A stretch of 64,000 nucleotides of DNA from Hyphomicrobiales bacterium (GTDB lineage: Bacteria > Pseudomonadota > Alphaproteobacteria > Rhizobiales > Devosiaceae), in assembly GCA_004144345.1 (NCBI GenBank), contig SEEL01000014.1, forward strand, positions 17,626 to 81,625, in the 5' to 3' direction. This document shows positions 26,925 through 37,003 of the stretch, one piece after another. The first letter of the stretch is position 1. Every line of letters starts with the position of its first letter. The notes under the pieces were generated by a model. The model was not told the origin of the DNA, ran no database searches, and was given only the letters and a program-made list of their open reading frames with translations. The position numbers were made by a program, and so were the translations under genes.

Positions 26925-27740
26925 TTGCCCTTTCCCGATATCAGCCCGATCGCCTTCGAACTCGGCCCCTTCGTCGTCCGCTGGTATGCCCTGGGCTATC
27001 TCGCCGGCGTCTTCGGCGGCGCCTGGTATGCGACGAGCTTGCTGAGCCGCCCGCAATTGTGGGCCAACAACCGGCCGCCCTTCCCCACGCCCGCTATCTG
27101 GGATTTCGCCTTCTGGGCCGTCATCGGCATCGTCGCCGGCGGGCGGCTGGGCTATGTGCTCTTCTACAATCTGCCCTATTACGCCGCGAACCCGGGCGAG
27201 ATCATCGCTCTGTGGGACGGCGGCATGTCCTATCATGGCGGCATGCTGGGCCTGATGCTGGCCATGGCGCTGTTCACCCGGCGCCATAAGGGCGCGATCC
27301 TGTCGAGTTTCGATCTCCTCGGCGCCATTGCCACCATCGGCATCTTCCTCGTCCGCATCACCAATTTCATCAATGCCGAACTCTATGGCGCGCCGACCGA
27401 CATGCCCTGGGGCGTCGTCTTCCCGACCGACCCCGAGCAGTTGCCGCGCCACCCCACCCAGCTCTACGAAGCCGCTCTCGAAGGCCTGCTGCTGTTCGTC
27501 CTGATCATGGCCGGCACCCGGCTCTGGGGCTGGCTCCGCCGCCCCGGCCTAACCGCCGGCATTTTCGGGGTCGGCTATGCGCTCGGCCGCATCCTTGTCG
27601 AATTCTGGCGCCTGCCCGATATCCAGCTCGGTTACCTCCTCGGCACCGGCTGGCTCACCATGGGCATGGTGCTGAGCCTCCCCATCCTCGCGGCCGGCAT
27701 CGCGCTCGTCGCCTACGCATTGGCAAGACCCCGTGGCTGA
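26925..27740 (+). CDS. lgt: Prolipoprotein diacylglyceryl transferase
   Basis: VRWYALGY, GGRLGYVLFY, WDGGMSYHGG, RITNFINAELYG, RHPTQLYEA. Confidence 0.97.
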   Translation: MPFPDISPIAFELGPFVVRWYALGYLAGVFGGAWYATSLLSRPQLWANNRPPFPTPAIWDFAFWAVIGIVAGGRLGYVLFYNLPYYAANPGEIIALWDGGMSYHGGMLGLMLAMALFTRRHKGAILSSFDLLGAIATIGIFLVRITNFINAELYGAPTDMPWGVVFPTDPEQLPRHPTQLYEAALEGLLLFVLIMAGTRLWGWLRRPGLTAGIFGVGYALGRILVEFWRLPDIQLGYLLGTGWLTMGMVLSLPILAAGIALVAYALARPRG

Positions 27741-28812
27741 AGAAAAAACTCTCACTCTCGCTGAACAGATCGACACCCAGATCCGCACCACGGGTCCGAT
27801 GTCCCTCGCCACCTATATGGGCCTCTGCCTCAGCCATCCGCGCCACGGCTATTACACGCAGGGCCGCCCCATCGGCGCCGCGGGCGATTTCATCACCGCC
27901 CCCGAGATCAGCCAGATGTTTGGCGAGCTGGTCGGCTTCTTCATCGTCAATCTCTGGCAGCAGATGGGCGAGCCCAAGAGCTTTACCTTGCTCGAACTTG
28001 GCCCCGGCCGCGGCACCCTGATGCAGGATGCGCTGCGCGCCGCCAGCAAGGCCGACGGATTCGAAAATGCCTTGCATCTCCAGCTCTTCGAGTCGAACGC
28101 TCTTCTAAAGGGCGAACAGGAAAAACGCCTCGGCAACTACTCGCCCTATTGGGCCAGCGAGCTCGACGCCGTCAGCGAAGACCCCATCTTCGTCATCGCC
28201 AACGAATTCTTCGACGCGCTGCCCATCCGCCAGTTCGTCAAGACCGATGATGGCTGGCACGAGCGCCTTGTCGGCCTCACCGAAGGCCAGCGCGCCTTCG
28301 GCCTGTCGCCCACCCCCATCGCCGATTCCGCCGCGCCACCCGAAGTGCACGGCGCCTATGCCGGCGAAGTCCTTGAAATCGGCACGGCCGGCGTCGATGC
28401 CATGCAGTCGCTTGCCCGCAAGGTCGCGCTGCAGGGCGGCGCCATCCTCGCCATCGACTATGGGTACCCGGTCACCCAGACCGGCGAGACCCTGCAGGCC
28501 GTCAAATCCCACGCCTTCGCCGAGCCGCTCGAGGCGCCCGGCGAGGCCGACATCTCGGCCCATGTCAATTTCGGCGTCCTCGGCGAAGCCGCGAAGGCCT
28601 CTGGCCTTGCCGTCGCCCCCCTCGCCAACCAGGGCGAATGGCTGCTCCGCATCGGCCTCGGCCAGCGCGCCAAGGCGCTGGCGACCGCCAATCCCGCCGA
28701 AGCCGCCAACATTGTCCGCGCTATCGAGCGACTGACCTCGCCCGAGCAGATGGGCACCTTGTTCAAGGTGCTCTGCGCCCATTCCCCCGGTCTCCGTCCC
28801 GCAGGTTTCTGA
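27733..28812 (+). CDS. SAM-dependent methyltransferase, MidA/NDUFAF7 family
   Basis: GDFITAPEISQMFGEL, ELGPGRGTLM, ANEFFDALP, IDYG, DISAHVNF, MGTLFKV. Confidence 0.93.
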   Translation: MAEEKTLTLAEQIDTQIRTTGPMSLATYMGLCLSHPRHGYYTQGRPIGAAGDFITAPEISQMFGELVGFFIVNLWQQMGEPKSFTLLELGPGRGTLMQDALRAASKADGFENALHLQLFESNALLKGEQEKRLGNYSPYWASELDAVSEDPIFVIANEFFDALPIRQFVKTDDGWHERLVGLTEGQRAFGLSPTPIADSAAPPEVHGAYAGEVLEIGTAGVDAMQSLARKVALQGGAILAIDYGYPVTQTGETLQAVKSHAFAEPLEAPGEADISAHVNFGVLGEAAKASGLAVAPLANQGEWLLRIGLGQRAKALATANPAEAANIVRAIERLTSPEQMGTLFKVLCAHSPGLRPAGF

Positions 28813-29585
28813 TGGCCGCCCCCTACACCGTCTCCAAGGCGCTGAACGTCCCCGGTATCAGCCACGGCTTCTTCGGCCGCGAGGGTGGCCGCTCGAAGGG
28901 CGATCTTGCCGCCAACAACATGTCGATCACGCAGGGCGACAACCCCGATCTGGTCGTTTCCAACCGCTCCAGCGCCGCCTTCGCCATGGGCGGCTACGAC
29001 ATCAAGGATCTGGTCGTCTTCCGCCAGACCCACTCGACCACCGTCGTCACCCTCACCGAGCGCCCCGACCGCACCGTCGCCATCGAGGCCGACGCCATGG
29101 TCACCAACCGCCCGGATCTGCTGCTCGGCATCCTCACGGCCGATTGCGCCCCGGTGCTGCTGGCCGACCCTGAGGCGGGAATCATCGGCGCCGCCCATGC
29201 CGGCTGGAAGGGCGCCGCCGGCGGCATCCTCCAGGCCACCGTCATGGCCATGGTGACCCTCGGCGCCGACCCGAAAGACATCCGTGCCGCCATCGGCCCG
29301 ACCATTTCGGCAGCCAATTACGAGGTCGGCCCCGACACGGCCGCCCAGATCGCCGCCCTCGACAGCACGGCAGCCCACCACGTCACTACCCCCGAGGGTA
29401 AGACCCGGGAACATTTCGACATTCCGGGTCTCCTTGCCGAACAGCTGTTCGGCGCCGGCGTCGGCACCGTGGGCGATCTCGGCCTTTGCACCTATGCCGA
29501 CCCTGCCCGCTTCTTCTCCCACCGCTATGCCACCCACCAGGGCATCACCACCGGCCGCCAGATCAGCTGCATCGGCCTTCGCTGA
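28812..29585 (+). CDS. pgeF: PgeF/YfiH family purine nucleoside phosphorylase / laccase-like protein
   Basis: HGFFGREGG, ADAMVT, TADCAPVLL, AHAGWKG, AIGPTIS, FFSHR, GRQIS. Confidence 0.93.
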   Translation: MAAPYTVSKALNVPGISHGFFGREGGRSKGDLAANNMSITQGDNPDLVVSNRSSAAFAMGGYDIKDLVVFRQTHSTTVVTLTERPDRTVAIEADAMVTNRPDLLLGILTADCAPVLLADPEAGIIGAAHAGWKGAAGGILQATVMAMVTLGADPKDIRAAIGPTISAANYEVGPDTAAQIAALDSTAAHHVTTPEGKTREHFDIPGLLAEQLFGAGVGTVGDLGLCTYADPARFFSHRYATHQGITTGRQISCIGLR

Positions 29586-29689
29586 TGCCGGCTAATACAA
29601 GACATTCATCACTCCGTCATAAGGTGCATTGCGCCTGACAGAGTCGCGGGATAAACACCCGCCACCTTTCCGATACTGAGGCGCGCACC

Positions 29690-30622
29690 ATGAAACTGGT
29701 CACCGGCAATTCCAACCGGGCCCTCGCGCTGGCGGTATCAGATTACCTGGAATTGCCCCTGACGGACTGTACGGTGAAGCGCTTCGCCGACAAGGAAGTC
29801 TATGTCGAGGTGCATGAGAACGTCCGCGGCGAAGACGTTTTTGTCCTCCAGTCGACCTCCTTCCCGGCCAATGACAATCTGATGGAGCTGCTGATCGTCA
29901 TCGACGCGCTCCGCCGCTCCTCGGCCCGCCGCATCACCGCCGTGCTCCCCTATTTCGGCTATGCCCGCCAGGACCGCAAGTCCGCCCCGCGCACCCCGAT
30001 CTCGGCCAAGCTCGTGGCCAACCTCATCACCACCGCCGGCGCCAATCGCGTTCTCACCCTCGATCTCCACGCCGCGCAGATCCAGGGTTTCTTCGATATC
30101 CCGACCGACAATCTGAGCTCGGCCCCAGTGATCGTGCGCGACATCCGCGCCAATTACGACACCTCCAACACCATCATCGTATCGCCCGACGTCGGCGGCG
30201 TGATCCGCGCCCGCAACGTCGCGCAGCGGCTGGGCACCAATCTCGCCATCGTCGACAAGCGCCGCCCCAAGGCCGGCGTCTCGGAAGTCATGAACATCAT
30301 CGGCGATGTGTCCGGCCATGACTGCATCCTCATCGACGACATCGTCGATTCCGGCGGCACGCTGGTCAACGCCGCCGAGGCGCTGATGAAAGCCGGCGCG
30401 CGGAACGTCTCGGCCTACATCACCCACGGTGTGCTGTCGGACCAGGCTCCGGTAAAGGTCTCGGGCAGCAAGCTCAAGGAACTCGTCGTCTCCGACTCCA
30501 TCGAGGCCCGCCCCGAAGTCGCCGCCGTCGCCAACATCCGCCGCATGAGCATCGCCCCCCTGATCGGCGAAGCCATCGCCCGCACGGCCAGCGAACAGAG
30601 CGTCAGCTCCCTCTTCGACTGA
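29690..30622 (+). CDS. prs: Ribose-phosphate pyrophosphokinase
   Basis: [46 protein letters not shown]. Confidence 0.98.
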   Translation: MKLVTGNSNRALALAVSDYLELPLTDCTVKRFADKEVYVEVHENVRGEDVFVLQSTSFPANDNLMELLIVIDALRRSSARRITAVLPYFGYARQDRKSAPRTPISAKLVANLITTAGANRVLTLDLHAAQIQGFFDIPTDNLSSAPVIVRDIRANYDTSNTIIVSPDVGGVIRARNVAQRLGTNLAIVDKRRPKAGVSEVMNIIGDVSGHDCILIDDIVDSGGTLVNAAEALMKAGARNVSAYITHGVLSDQAPVKVSGSKLKELVVSDSIEARPEVAAVANIRRMSIAPLIGEAIARTASEQSVSSLFD

Positions 30623-30673
30623 CGGCTCAAGCCGATCGCCAGCCTCCACGTCAGGCGGAAAGCGGACGCACGA

Positions 30674-31567
30674 TCATGCGCCCGCCCGAAGCGCATTGAT
30701 GATCACCTGAAACGCCAGGGAGTTCTGGCGCCGGCTCGGGTAGTACAGATAGTAGCCCGCGAACAGGGGCGACCAATCGTCCAGCACCTGCACGAGCGCG
30801 CCCGATGCAATCCGCTCCTGCACCAGATCCTCCGGCAAATAGGCAATGCCATAGCCCGCCACTGCAGCTTCGATCTGCGCGTAGGAGGTGTTGAAGGTGA
30901 ATTGCCCATCGACGCGAACCCGCAGCTCCCGCCCGCGCTTCTCGAACTCCCATACATACAGTCCGCCCGACCTGACCTGCCGTTGGTTGATGCAGCTGTG
31001 GTGGACCAGATCTTCGGGATGGCGGGGTACCGGACGCGCGGCGAAATACGACGGCGACGCCACCGCAACGAGCCGCCAGTCCGGGCCAATCCTGACGGCG
31101 ATCATGTCCCGGTCGACGCTCTCCCCTAGCCGGACACCTGCATCGAAGCGCTCCTGGACGATGTCGCGGAATCCGTTGTCGCTGTTCAGCTCGACCTTGA
31201 TGTCGGGATAGTCGCGCATGATGGGCCTCAGCTTTGGCCAGACGACACTTTCGAGGGCATGGTCCGACAGCGTGATCCTGACCGTCCCGGAGGGCTTGTC
31301 GCGTATCGCCATTAAGGCGTCGATGTCGGTCTCAAGTCCCTGAATGCGAGGCCTGAGGGCCGCTAGAAGACGCTCGCCGGCTTCGGTCGGCGCAACGCTC
31401 CGCGTTGTCCGGGTCAGAAGCCGGAACCCCAGCCGTTCCTCCAGCGCCTTGATCGTCTGGCTGAGCGTCGGCTGGGAGGTGCCCAGCTTGGCTGCCGCCT
31501 TGGTAAAGCTCCCCTCCTCCGCGACGGCGAGGAACCAGAGCATGTCGGTCAGTTCGCGACGGTCCAT
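30674..31567 (-). CDS. LysR family regulator (PgrR/DmlR-like)
   Basis: FLAVAEEGSFTKAAAKLG.SQPTLS, LLTRTTRSV, FDAGVRLGE, YYLYYPSRR. Confidence 0.95.
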   Translation of the reverse strand: MDRRELTDMLWFLAVAEEGSFTKAAAKLGTSQPTLSQTIKALEERLGFRLLTRTTRSVAPTEAGERLLAALRPRIQGLETDIDALMAIRDKPSGTVRITLSDHALESVVWPKLRPIMRDYPDIKVELNSDNGFRDIVQERFDAGVRLGESVDRDMIAVRIGPDWRLVAVASPSYFAARPVPRHPEDLVHHSCINQRQVRSGGLYVWEFEKRGRELRVRVDGQFTFNTSYAQIEAAVAGYGIAYLPEDLVQERIASGALVQVLDDWSPLFAGYYLYYPSRRQNSLAFQVIINALRAGA

Positions 31568-31584
31568 CTCTCACCTCCAATCGC

Positions 31585-31609
31585 CACTTATATCACAAGC
31601 CGATAAGTG
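31585..31609. promoter_or_regulatory. LTTR recognition box
   Basis: CACTTAT-N11-ATAAGTG dyad containing TATC-N7-GATA (T-N11-A). Confidence 0.6.
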
Positions 31610-32018
31610 CATGTGGATTACCATGGCTAATCGCCATGACAGGCGAACGCTATCTTCGCCTCATGCCAAGAACGGAAGATCGAAAGCCTGGTCATGAACC
31701 GATGACGCCCCGGCGCTACTGGGAGCGGGCATTGACGGGTGGTCTTGGCGCTCAACTGGACTGGCTGGCCATCTCGATGACCGCGCCGTCCCCCTCGCCC
31801 GACCGCCAAGGTCCGCAATCGACTAACGACACGGCAAACCCGTCGCGCCCCGCTGACCAGCCAGCCACCGCCACATCGTGGGGCGCCGTATGCATGGCGC
31901 TCCTCCGCAATATAACATCGCTATAGACAGCATGCGCCTCTATCGATCAGCGCAGCCCACATCTGCCCAACACTAGAAGACCGATTGTCCGTTCAAGTAG
32001 CGTTAGCTTGTCCGCCCT

Positions 32019-32705
32019 TCACTCGAAATAGGTGTTTGACCATTCGAGAATGTGAGCGCGCATCGCCGCGGAAGCTTCGGCGGGGCGCCGGGCTTTCACC
32101 AGCTCGAATATGGAACGGTGATCGTCGATCTCCTTGCGGCGGGCATTGGGGATCGCATCGATGCGTCGACCGCGTTCCTGCATGATATGCAGGATCGATG
32201 ACATGAACGACGCTGCCACGCGATTGTGCGACGCTTCCGCCAGTAATATATGGAATCGCGCTCCATATTCTGAAACTGGCCGATCCTGCTCGTGCCGCTC
32301 CTCATGCTCATCGAGCAGGCGCTCGATACGTTCGAGGTCCTCCTCGGTAGCGCGCTGGGCAGCAAAGCCGACGCAGTCGGGTTCGATCATGACCCGCGCC
32401 TCCAGCATCTCCTCGGCCAACGTATCGTTGATCAAAAGACCAATCACGTCGGTGCGGAAGAGTTCGGCCGGCGTCGGCGCTTTGACAATGGTGCGATGAC
32501 CGGCCGAGGACTCGACGACGTTGAGCGCGACCAAATTCTGCAATGCTTCGCGCACCGTCGAGCGGCCCACGTCCAGGCTCTCGGCAAGCTCCTTCTCCGA
32601 TGGCAGCACATCGCCGACGCGCCAGGTGCCAGAACGGATCATGCCAAGCAGTTGGTTCGCCGCTGTCTGAGCGCTGGTCCGCCTCACCACGGGTTTGAGC
32701 GTCAT
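32019..32705 (-). CDS. GntR/FadR family regulator
   Basis: LPSEKELAESLDVGRSTVREAL; FCD domain with ASHNRV. Confidence 0.93.
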   Translation of the reverse strand: MTLKPVVRRTSAQTAANQLLGMIRSGTWRVGDVLPSEKELAESLDVGRSTVREALQNLVALNVVESSAGHRTIVKAPTPAELFRTDVIGLLINDTLAEEMLEARVMIEPDCVGFAAQRATEEDLERIERLLDEHEERHEQDRPVSEYGARFHILLAEASHNRVAASFMSSILHIMQERGRRIDAIPNARRKEIDDHRSIFELVKARRPAEASAAMRAHILEWSNTYFE

Positions 32706-32721
32706 GAGGTATCCTCTCAGG

Positions 32722-32732
32722 TTGTCTGATAG
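32722..32732. promoter_or_regulatory. Degenerate copy of the FadR-type operator
   Basis: TTGTCTGATAG versus TTGTCTGACAA at 34656-34666. Confidence 0.4.
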
Positions 32733-32763
32733 CTAGTTCGCAACCGCTGCATTTGCAATCTGC

Positions 32764-33501
32764 TCAGACGAAGTTTCGGGGTGGCAGCAGGCGCGCGACG
32801 CGTTGCATGGCTTCCGCCACATGCGACTTTGCACCGGAAAGCACGGCACTGCCGTGCCCCGCCAGAAACGCATCGAAGCTTAGCGAGGCCAGGCGCCTGA
32901 TCGACTCGCAGCTTTGGGCGACCGAACTGTCCCAGATGTCCTGGAGGATAATGGTCCCCCCGGCAAAGATGGCGTCGCCGGCGATCAGGGTCGCCTCCCC
33001 ATCGATGGTCACGAGGTAACTGAGGTGATCGGCGCTGTGCCCCGGCGTCGCCACCGGCCGGATTTCAGCATCACCGATGGCAATCGCCGCCGCATCGTCA
33101 ACAATCTGGTCAATCACCAGCGGCTGCCACTTATACTGGTCGGGATAGACGCCGGCGCGGCGGGCAGCCGGTAGGCTGATCCTCTCCTCGTCGCCGGCAG
33201 CTAGCCACTCCGCCGTAAGCGGACCGGCATAGACCACCGAGCCATACTGCCGTGCGATGTGGGCTGCCCCACCGGAATGGTCGGCGTGCCCATGCGTCAG
33301 GAACAGATGTCGCGGACCATTCGCAAAGCCGGCGGCCGCGACGGCAGTATGCAACTCCACCGGATCGATGCCCGCCCCCGCATCAAACATCACGAGTCCG
33401 GCGCTCGTTTCGAGACCGAATGCGTTGCAGTCGACGGCATTCGACAGGGGCACGCCGTTGGAACTTCCAAGAATCTGGTGCCAGCGATGGTTGATGCGCA
33501 T
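32764..33501 (-). CDS. Metallo-beta-lactamase-fold hydrolase
   Basis: THGHADHSGG, TPGHSADH, AGDAIF, GHG. Confidence 0.9.
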   Translation of the reverse strand: MRINHRWHQILGSSNGVPLSNAVDCNAFGLETSAGLVMFDAGAGIDPVELHTAVAAAGFANGPRHLFLTHGHADHSGGAAHIARQYGSVVYAGPLTAEWLAAGDEERISLPAARRAGVYPDQYKWQPLVIDQIVDDAAAIAIGDAEIRPVATPGHSADHLSYLVTIDGEATLIAGDAIFAGGTIILQDIWDSSVAQSCESIRRLASLSFDAFLAGHGSAVLSGAKSHVAEAMQRVARLLPPRNFV

Positions 33502-33505
33502 GAGC

Positions 33506-34603
33506 CTATCTTGCCAGCAATTCCGGCAACGTCGCCAGCGTCGCCGTTTCCATCGTGAGCGGCGCGGCATCCAGCAAGACGCTCGTTTCACGGAAGCCCG
33601 AGCCACAGGCTAGCGCGACGACAGTCTGGCCCGGCGAAATCACGCCGTCCCGCTGCATCTGGCGCAAGGCCGGCAGCGCGATGGCGCTTGAGGGCTCGAG
33701 GTAGATCCCGTCGCTCCGCCCGATCTCGGCCACGGCCAGGATGGCATCACTGTCCTCGAAGGCGTAGACGGCGCCCTTGCTCTCGCGCAGCGCGCGCAGC
33801 GCTTCGATGCCATCGGGGGCGTGGTCGTGCGCGATCTTGTTGAGCACCGTTGGACCTCCCACCGGCGCAGGAAGATCGAAGAACGCCTTGGCGTCGGCGA
33901 TACCCGCTTCGTGAGCCGTCTTCAGCGCGTCATACCGGGACGGCACCACGCCGATGAGCCGTGGCAGCCGGGCGATCCTGCCCGCCTGAAGCAACTGCGT
34001 GAAACCGCGATGGATCGCCCCAAGCGTGCCGCCCCCACCGACCGGCACGACGAGAACATCGGGGGCGTCGCCCAGATCGTCGACCAGTTCGAAGGCGATG
34101 GTGCGGGCGGCTTCCGCCTGAACCGCGTTGGCAGATTGGGTGGTCGAGGCGACGTAAATGCCGTCCTTGCCGGCCAGCCCGGTTACGGTCGCAATGAGCT
34201 CGTCGATACCGCCGTCAACGGCCACCAATCGCGAACCCAGGGCATGCAGTGGATAGACGCGCTCGCGCGGCGCGCCGGCCGACATCACGGCAATGCTGCG
34301 TAACCCGGCGCGCGCCGCATAGGCAGCGTTGGAGAGGCCAGTAGACCCCGCCGACACGACAACCATCGTCCGCGCGCCGATAGCCCGTGCATGCGTCGCG
34401 GCCAGGGAAAGAGCCCGGTCCTTGTGGGAACCGGTCGGGTTGCGAGTCTCGTCTTTCCACTTGAGATCGATGCCCGGCAACAGGTGGCTCGCGACCAGCG
34501 GCGTCAGCCCCTCCCCCAGCGATACCGGCCGCTCGCCCATCTCGGGGAGCATGGCACGATAGCGCCACATCGACTTATCCAGCCTGCTGTCTTCCATCTG
34601 CAT
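33506..34603 (-). CDS. Threonine synthase-like PLP enzyme (fold type II)
   Basis: SLGEGLTPL, NPTGSHKDR, SAGSTG, VPVGGGG, EPSSA; start could be 34597. Confidence 0.85.
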   Translation of the reverse strand: MQMEDSRLDKSMWRYRAMLPEMGERPVSLGEGLTPLVASHLLPGIDLKWKDETRNPTGSHKDRALSLAATHARAIGARTMVVVSAGSTGLSNAAYAARAGLRSIAVMSAGAPRERVYPLHALGSRLVAVDGGIDELIATVTGLAGKDGIYVASTTQSANAVQAEAARTIAFELVDDLGDAPDVLVVPVGGGGTLGAIHRGFTQLLQAGRIARLPRLIGVVPSRYDALKTAHEAGIADAKAFFDLPAPVGGPTVLNKIAHDHAPDGIEALRALRESKGAVYAFEDSDAILAVAEIGRSDGIYLEPSSAIALPALRQMQRDGVISPGQTVVALACGSGFRETSVLLDAAPLTMETATLATLPELLAR

Positions 34604-34622
34604 TCTAGTTCGCACCACCCGC

Positions 34623-34668
34623 TTGACGTATGGCGGCTTTCTACACATATTCTGATTGTCTGACAATC
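34623..34668 (+). promoter_or_regulatory. sigma70 promoter plus FadR-type operator
   Basis: TTGACG-N17-CATATT, then palindrome GATTGTC-T-GACAATC (34654-34668) over the predicted start site. Confidence 0.7.
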
Positions 34669-34719
34669 GGGCAGGAGGGCAGTTGGGATGCTCTTCCGAT
34701 CGAAAGGGCAGGGAGCCTC

Positions 34720-35994
34720 ATGATAATCCGCACGACTAAAGCCTCGACCTTGGCTACCTCGGTAGCCGCCACCGTACTTGGCCTCGCGCTGGCGAATGGC
34801 GCTGTTGCAGCCGAGCTCAATTTCTCCGTGATGGAATCGGGAACGTACGACAAAGCCGCCAACCAGATCGCGGCCGAGTTCGCGTCGACTGGCACCGACG
34901 TGAAGGTCTTCGCCTTCCCGTGGGCCGTGCTGCGCCAGAACAACACGACCGACCTGATTTCGGGCACCAACCAGTACGACGTGATGAGCGGCGGCTACTA
35001 TCTCGCCGACGTCTATTCCTATTTCTCTACTGTCGACGACCTCATCGCCAAGGACAACTATGCCGAGGGCATGATCCCCGGCCTGCTGTCGCCGGGCCGC
35101 TCGGAATTCGTCGACGGCAGGTCGATCGGCATTCCATATGGCATCGACGCCTACGGCCTGATCTTCAACAAGGAGATGCTCGAAAAGGCCGGCGTGTCGC
35201 CCGAGTTCGCCAGTTGGGCAGACCTCGCTGCGGCTTGCGAAAAGATCGTCGCGGCCAACCCGGGCGTTGCCTGCCTCAGCCACGCGACCGGTAGCCCCGA
35301 GCAGATCGGCGGCTTCTTCTTCTCGGGCTATGCGGGCACCTACGTCTCGAGCGACGGCAAATATGCCCTCGACGTTCCGGCCGCCACGGCTGCCGCCGAA
35401 GAGATCGCCGCGCTCTGGAAGTATCTGCCCGAAAAGGGCACGGCGCTCACCTTTGACGAGGCGCACCAGCTGTTCAAGGATCAGCAGGCCGCCATCACCG
35501 TCACCTATCCGAGCTTCATCACCAACAGCCTCGATGTTGAGGGCTCGCCGGTGGCCGGCAATTGGGGCATGAGCAAGTTCCCCGGGCAGGGCTTCCCCTG
35601 GCTGTCGCTGTGGCAGCTCTTCATCCCCTCGGCGACCGAGGACAAGGATGCCGCCTGGGCTTGGATCAAGGCCTATGCCGGTCCGGAAAACGCCAAGCGC
35701 AACCTCGTTGAGCACAACATCGGTTCGGTCTGGCTCGCTACCTATGAAGATGCCGAGCTCAAGGCAAAGAACGCGCACTTCTGGCCGGCTCTGATCGCGG
35801 GCTTCTCGGCCGCCAAGAACCCGCCGCTCTCGGGTGAAGCGCAGGATCTGCTCACCAACACCCTGCAGGACATCGCCAACGGCCGCGTCTCGGCCGCCGA
35901 TGGCATTGCCTCAGTGGCCGCGCAGTGGGCCAACATTCCGGTGCCGTCGGCCATGTTGGAAGCCGCCGCTGGATCGGACCTGCAGGCAAAGTAA
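34720..35994 (+). CDS. Carbohydrate ABC transporter substrate-binding protein (family 1)
   Basis: RBS GGGAG, signal peptide, GIPYGID..GLIFNKEML. Confidence 0.9.
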   Translation: MIIRTTKASTLATSVAATVLGLALANGAVAAELNFSVMESGTYDKAANQIAAEFASTGTDVKVFAFPWAVLRQNNTTDLISGTNQYDVMSGGYYLADVYSYFSTVDDLIAKDNYAEGMIPGLLSPGRSEFVDGRSIGIPYGIDAYGLIFNKEMLEKAGVSPEFASWADLAAACEKIVAANPGVACLSHATGSPEQIGGFFFSGYAGTYVSSDGKYALDVPAATAAAEEIAALWKYLPEKGTALTFDEAHQLFKDQQAAITVTYPSFITNSLDVEGSPVAGNWGMSKFPGQGFPWLSLWQLFIPSATEDKDAAWAWIKAYAGPENAKRNLVEHNIGSVWLATYEDAELKAKNAHFWPALIAGFSAAKNPPLSGEAQDLLTNTLQDIANGRVSAADGIASVAAQWANIPVPSAMLEAAAGSDLQAK

Positions 35995-36007
35995 GCTGCC
36001 GCACAAT

Positions 36008-36032
36008 TCGGGGCGCGCAAGTCGCGCCCCGA
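36008..36032 (+). other. Intercistronic hairpin after the SBP gene (mRNA stabiliser or partial terminator)
   Basis: TCGGGGCGCG/CGCGCCCCGA 10-bp stem. Confidence 0.55.
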
Positions 36033-36055
36033 TCCCACGACGCATGGACCACACA

Positions 36056-37003
36056 ATGACTGTGCCTGAGACAATCACGGAGAAGCGACGGCCCGCCGGT
36101 CTGGTGGCTCGTCTGGAGGGGCGGCTCGGCGAGAGTGGCGTGCTCCTGCTGTTTCTGGCACCGGCGCTGTTGGTGGTTGCAGTGGCGCAGTTCTACCCGC
36201 TGGCGTCGTCGGCCGTCCTGTCGTTCTTCGACTGGAGCCTGTCGCGATCACCCCGGGTCGGTCCCTTTATCGGCTTCGACAACTATGCTCGAACCTTCAA
36301 CGATCCGATCTTCTCGGGCGCCGTAACCTACACCATCATTTTCGCCATCTCCTCGACGCTGCTGCAGCTCGTGTGCGGGTTGGGCATTGCGCTTCTGACC
36401 GTTGGCGAGAGCTATACGCTGCGACTGGTCCGCACGCTGTTGATGCTGCCCATGGTCATTGCCCCGATCGCCGTGGGCACGATCTGGCGCATGATCCTCG
36501 CAGCGCGCGTCGGCCCGCTCAACCAGGGCCTCGCCAGTATCGGCATCGACGGTCCCAATTGGCTGGGCGACCCGATGTGGGCGTCCTTCTCGCTGATCAT
36601 GATCGACGCCTGGGAATGGACGCCCTTCGTCGCGATAACGCTCACCGCTGCTCTCACATCGATCCCCAACGACCTGACGCTCGCCGCGTCGGTCGATGGC
36701 GCTGGCCGGTGGAAGACCTTCCGCTATGTCGTGTTCCCGATGATCTTGCCGGTACTTGTCCTCGTGGCGATGTTCCGCATGATCGAGGCCTTCCTGACCC
36801 TCGATATCGTGTTTACCACCACGGCCGGCGGTCCCGGCTACGCCACGCACACGCTCAGCTTCTGGATCTACCAGCAGGGTCTGCGCTACTTCAACATCTC
36901 CTACGCTGCGGCCACGTCCTGGATCATGCTCCTTGCATGCCTGGCCATGGCGCTCGGCTTCCTTGCCTGGCGCCGGCATGTCAGCAAGTGGCAGGTGTCG
37001 TGA
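36056..37003 (+). CDS. Carbohydrate ABC permease (CUT1)
   Basis: FIGFDNY, LMLPMVIAPIAVG.IW, WEWTPF, AASVDGA; start 36044 or 36056. Confidence 0.92.
   Translation: MTVPETITEKRRPAGLVARLEGRLGESGVLLLFLAPALLVVAVAQFYPLASSAVLSFFDWSLSRSPRVGPFIGFDNYARTFNDPIFSGAVTYTIIFAISSTLLQLVCGLGIALLTVGESYTLRLVRTLLMLPMVIAPIAVGTIWRMILAARVGPLNQGLASIGIDGPNWLGDPMWASFSLIMIDAWEWTPFVAITLTAALTSIPNDLTLAASVDGAGRWKTFRYVVFPMILPVLVLVAMFRMIEAFLTLDIVFTTTAGGPGYATHTLSFWIYQQGLRYFNISYAAATSWIMLLACLAMALGFLAWRRHVSKWQVS

Noticed and set aside
31636-31926. ORF 31636-31926 (+) and a 47-aa minus-strand ORF with an RBS ending in GDGAVIEMASQSS
   Set aside because: No convincing family signal; the resemblance to an SDR fragment is too weak to call a pseudogene
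33506-34603. Calling this gene thrC (threonine biosynthesis)
   Set aside because: Catabolic FadR-controlled context, SHKDR variant and no homoserine pathway genes nearby
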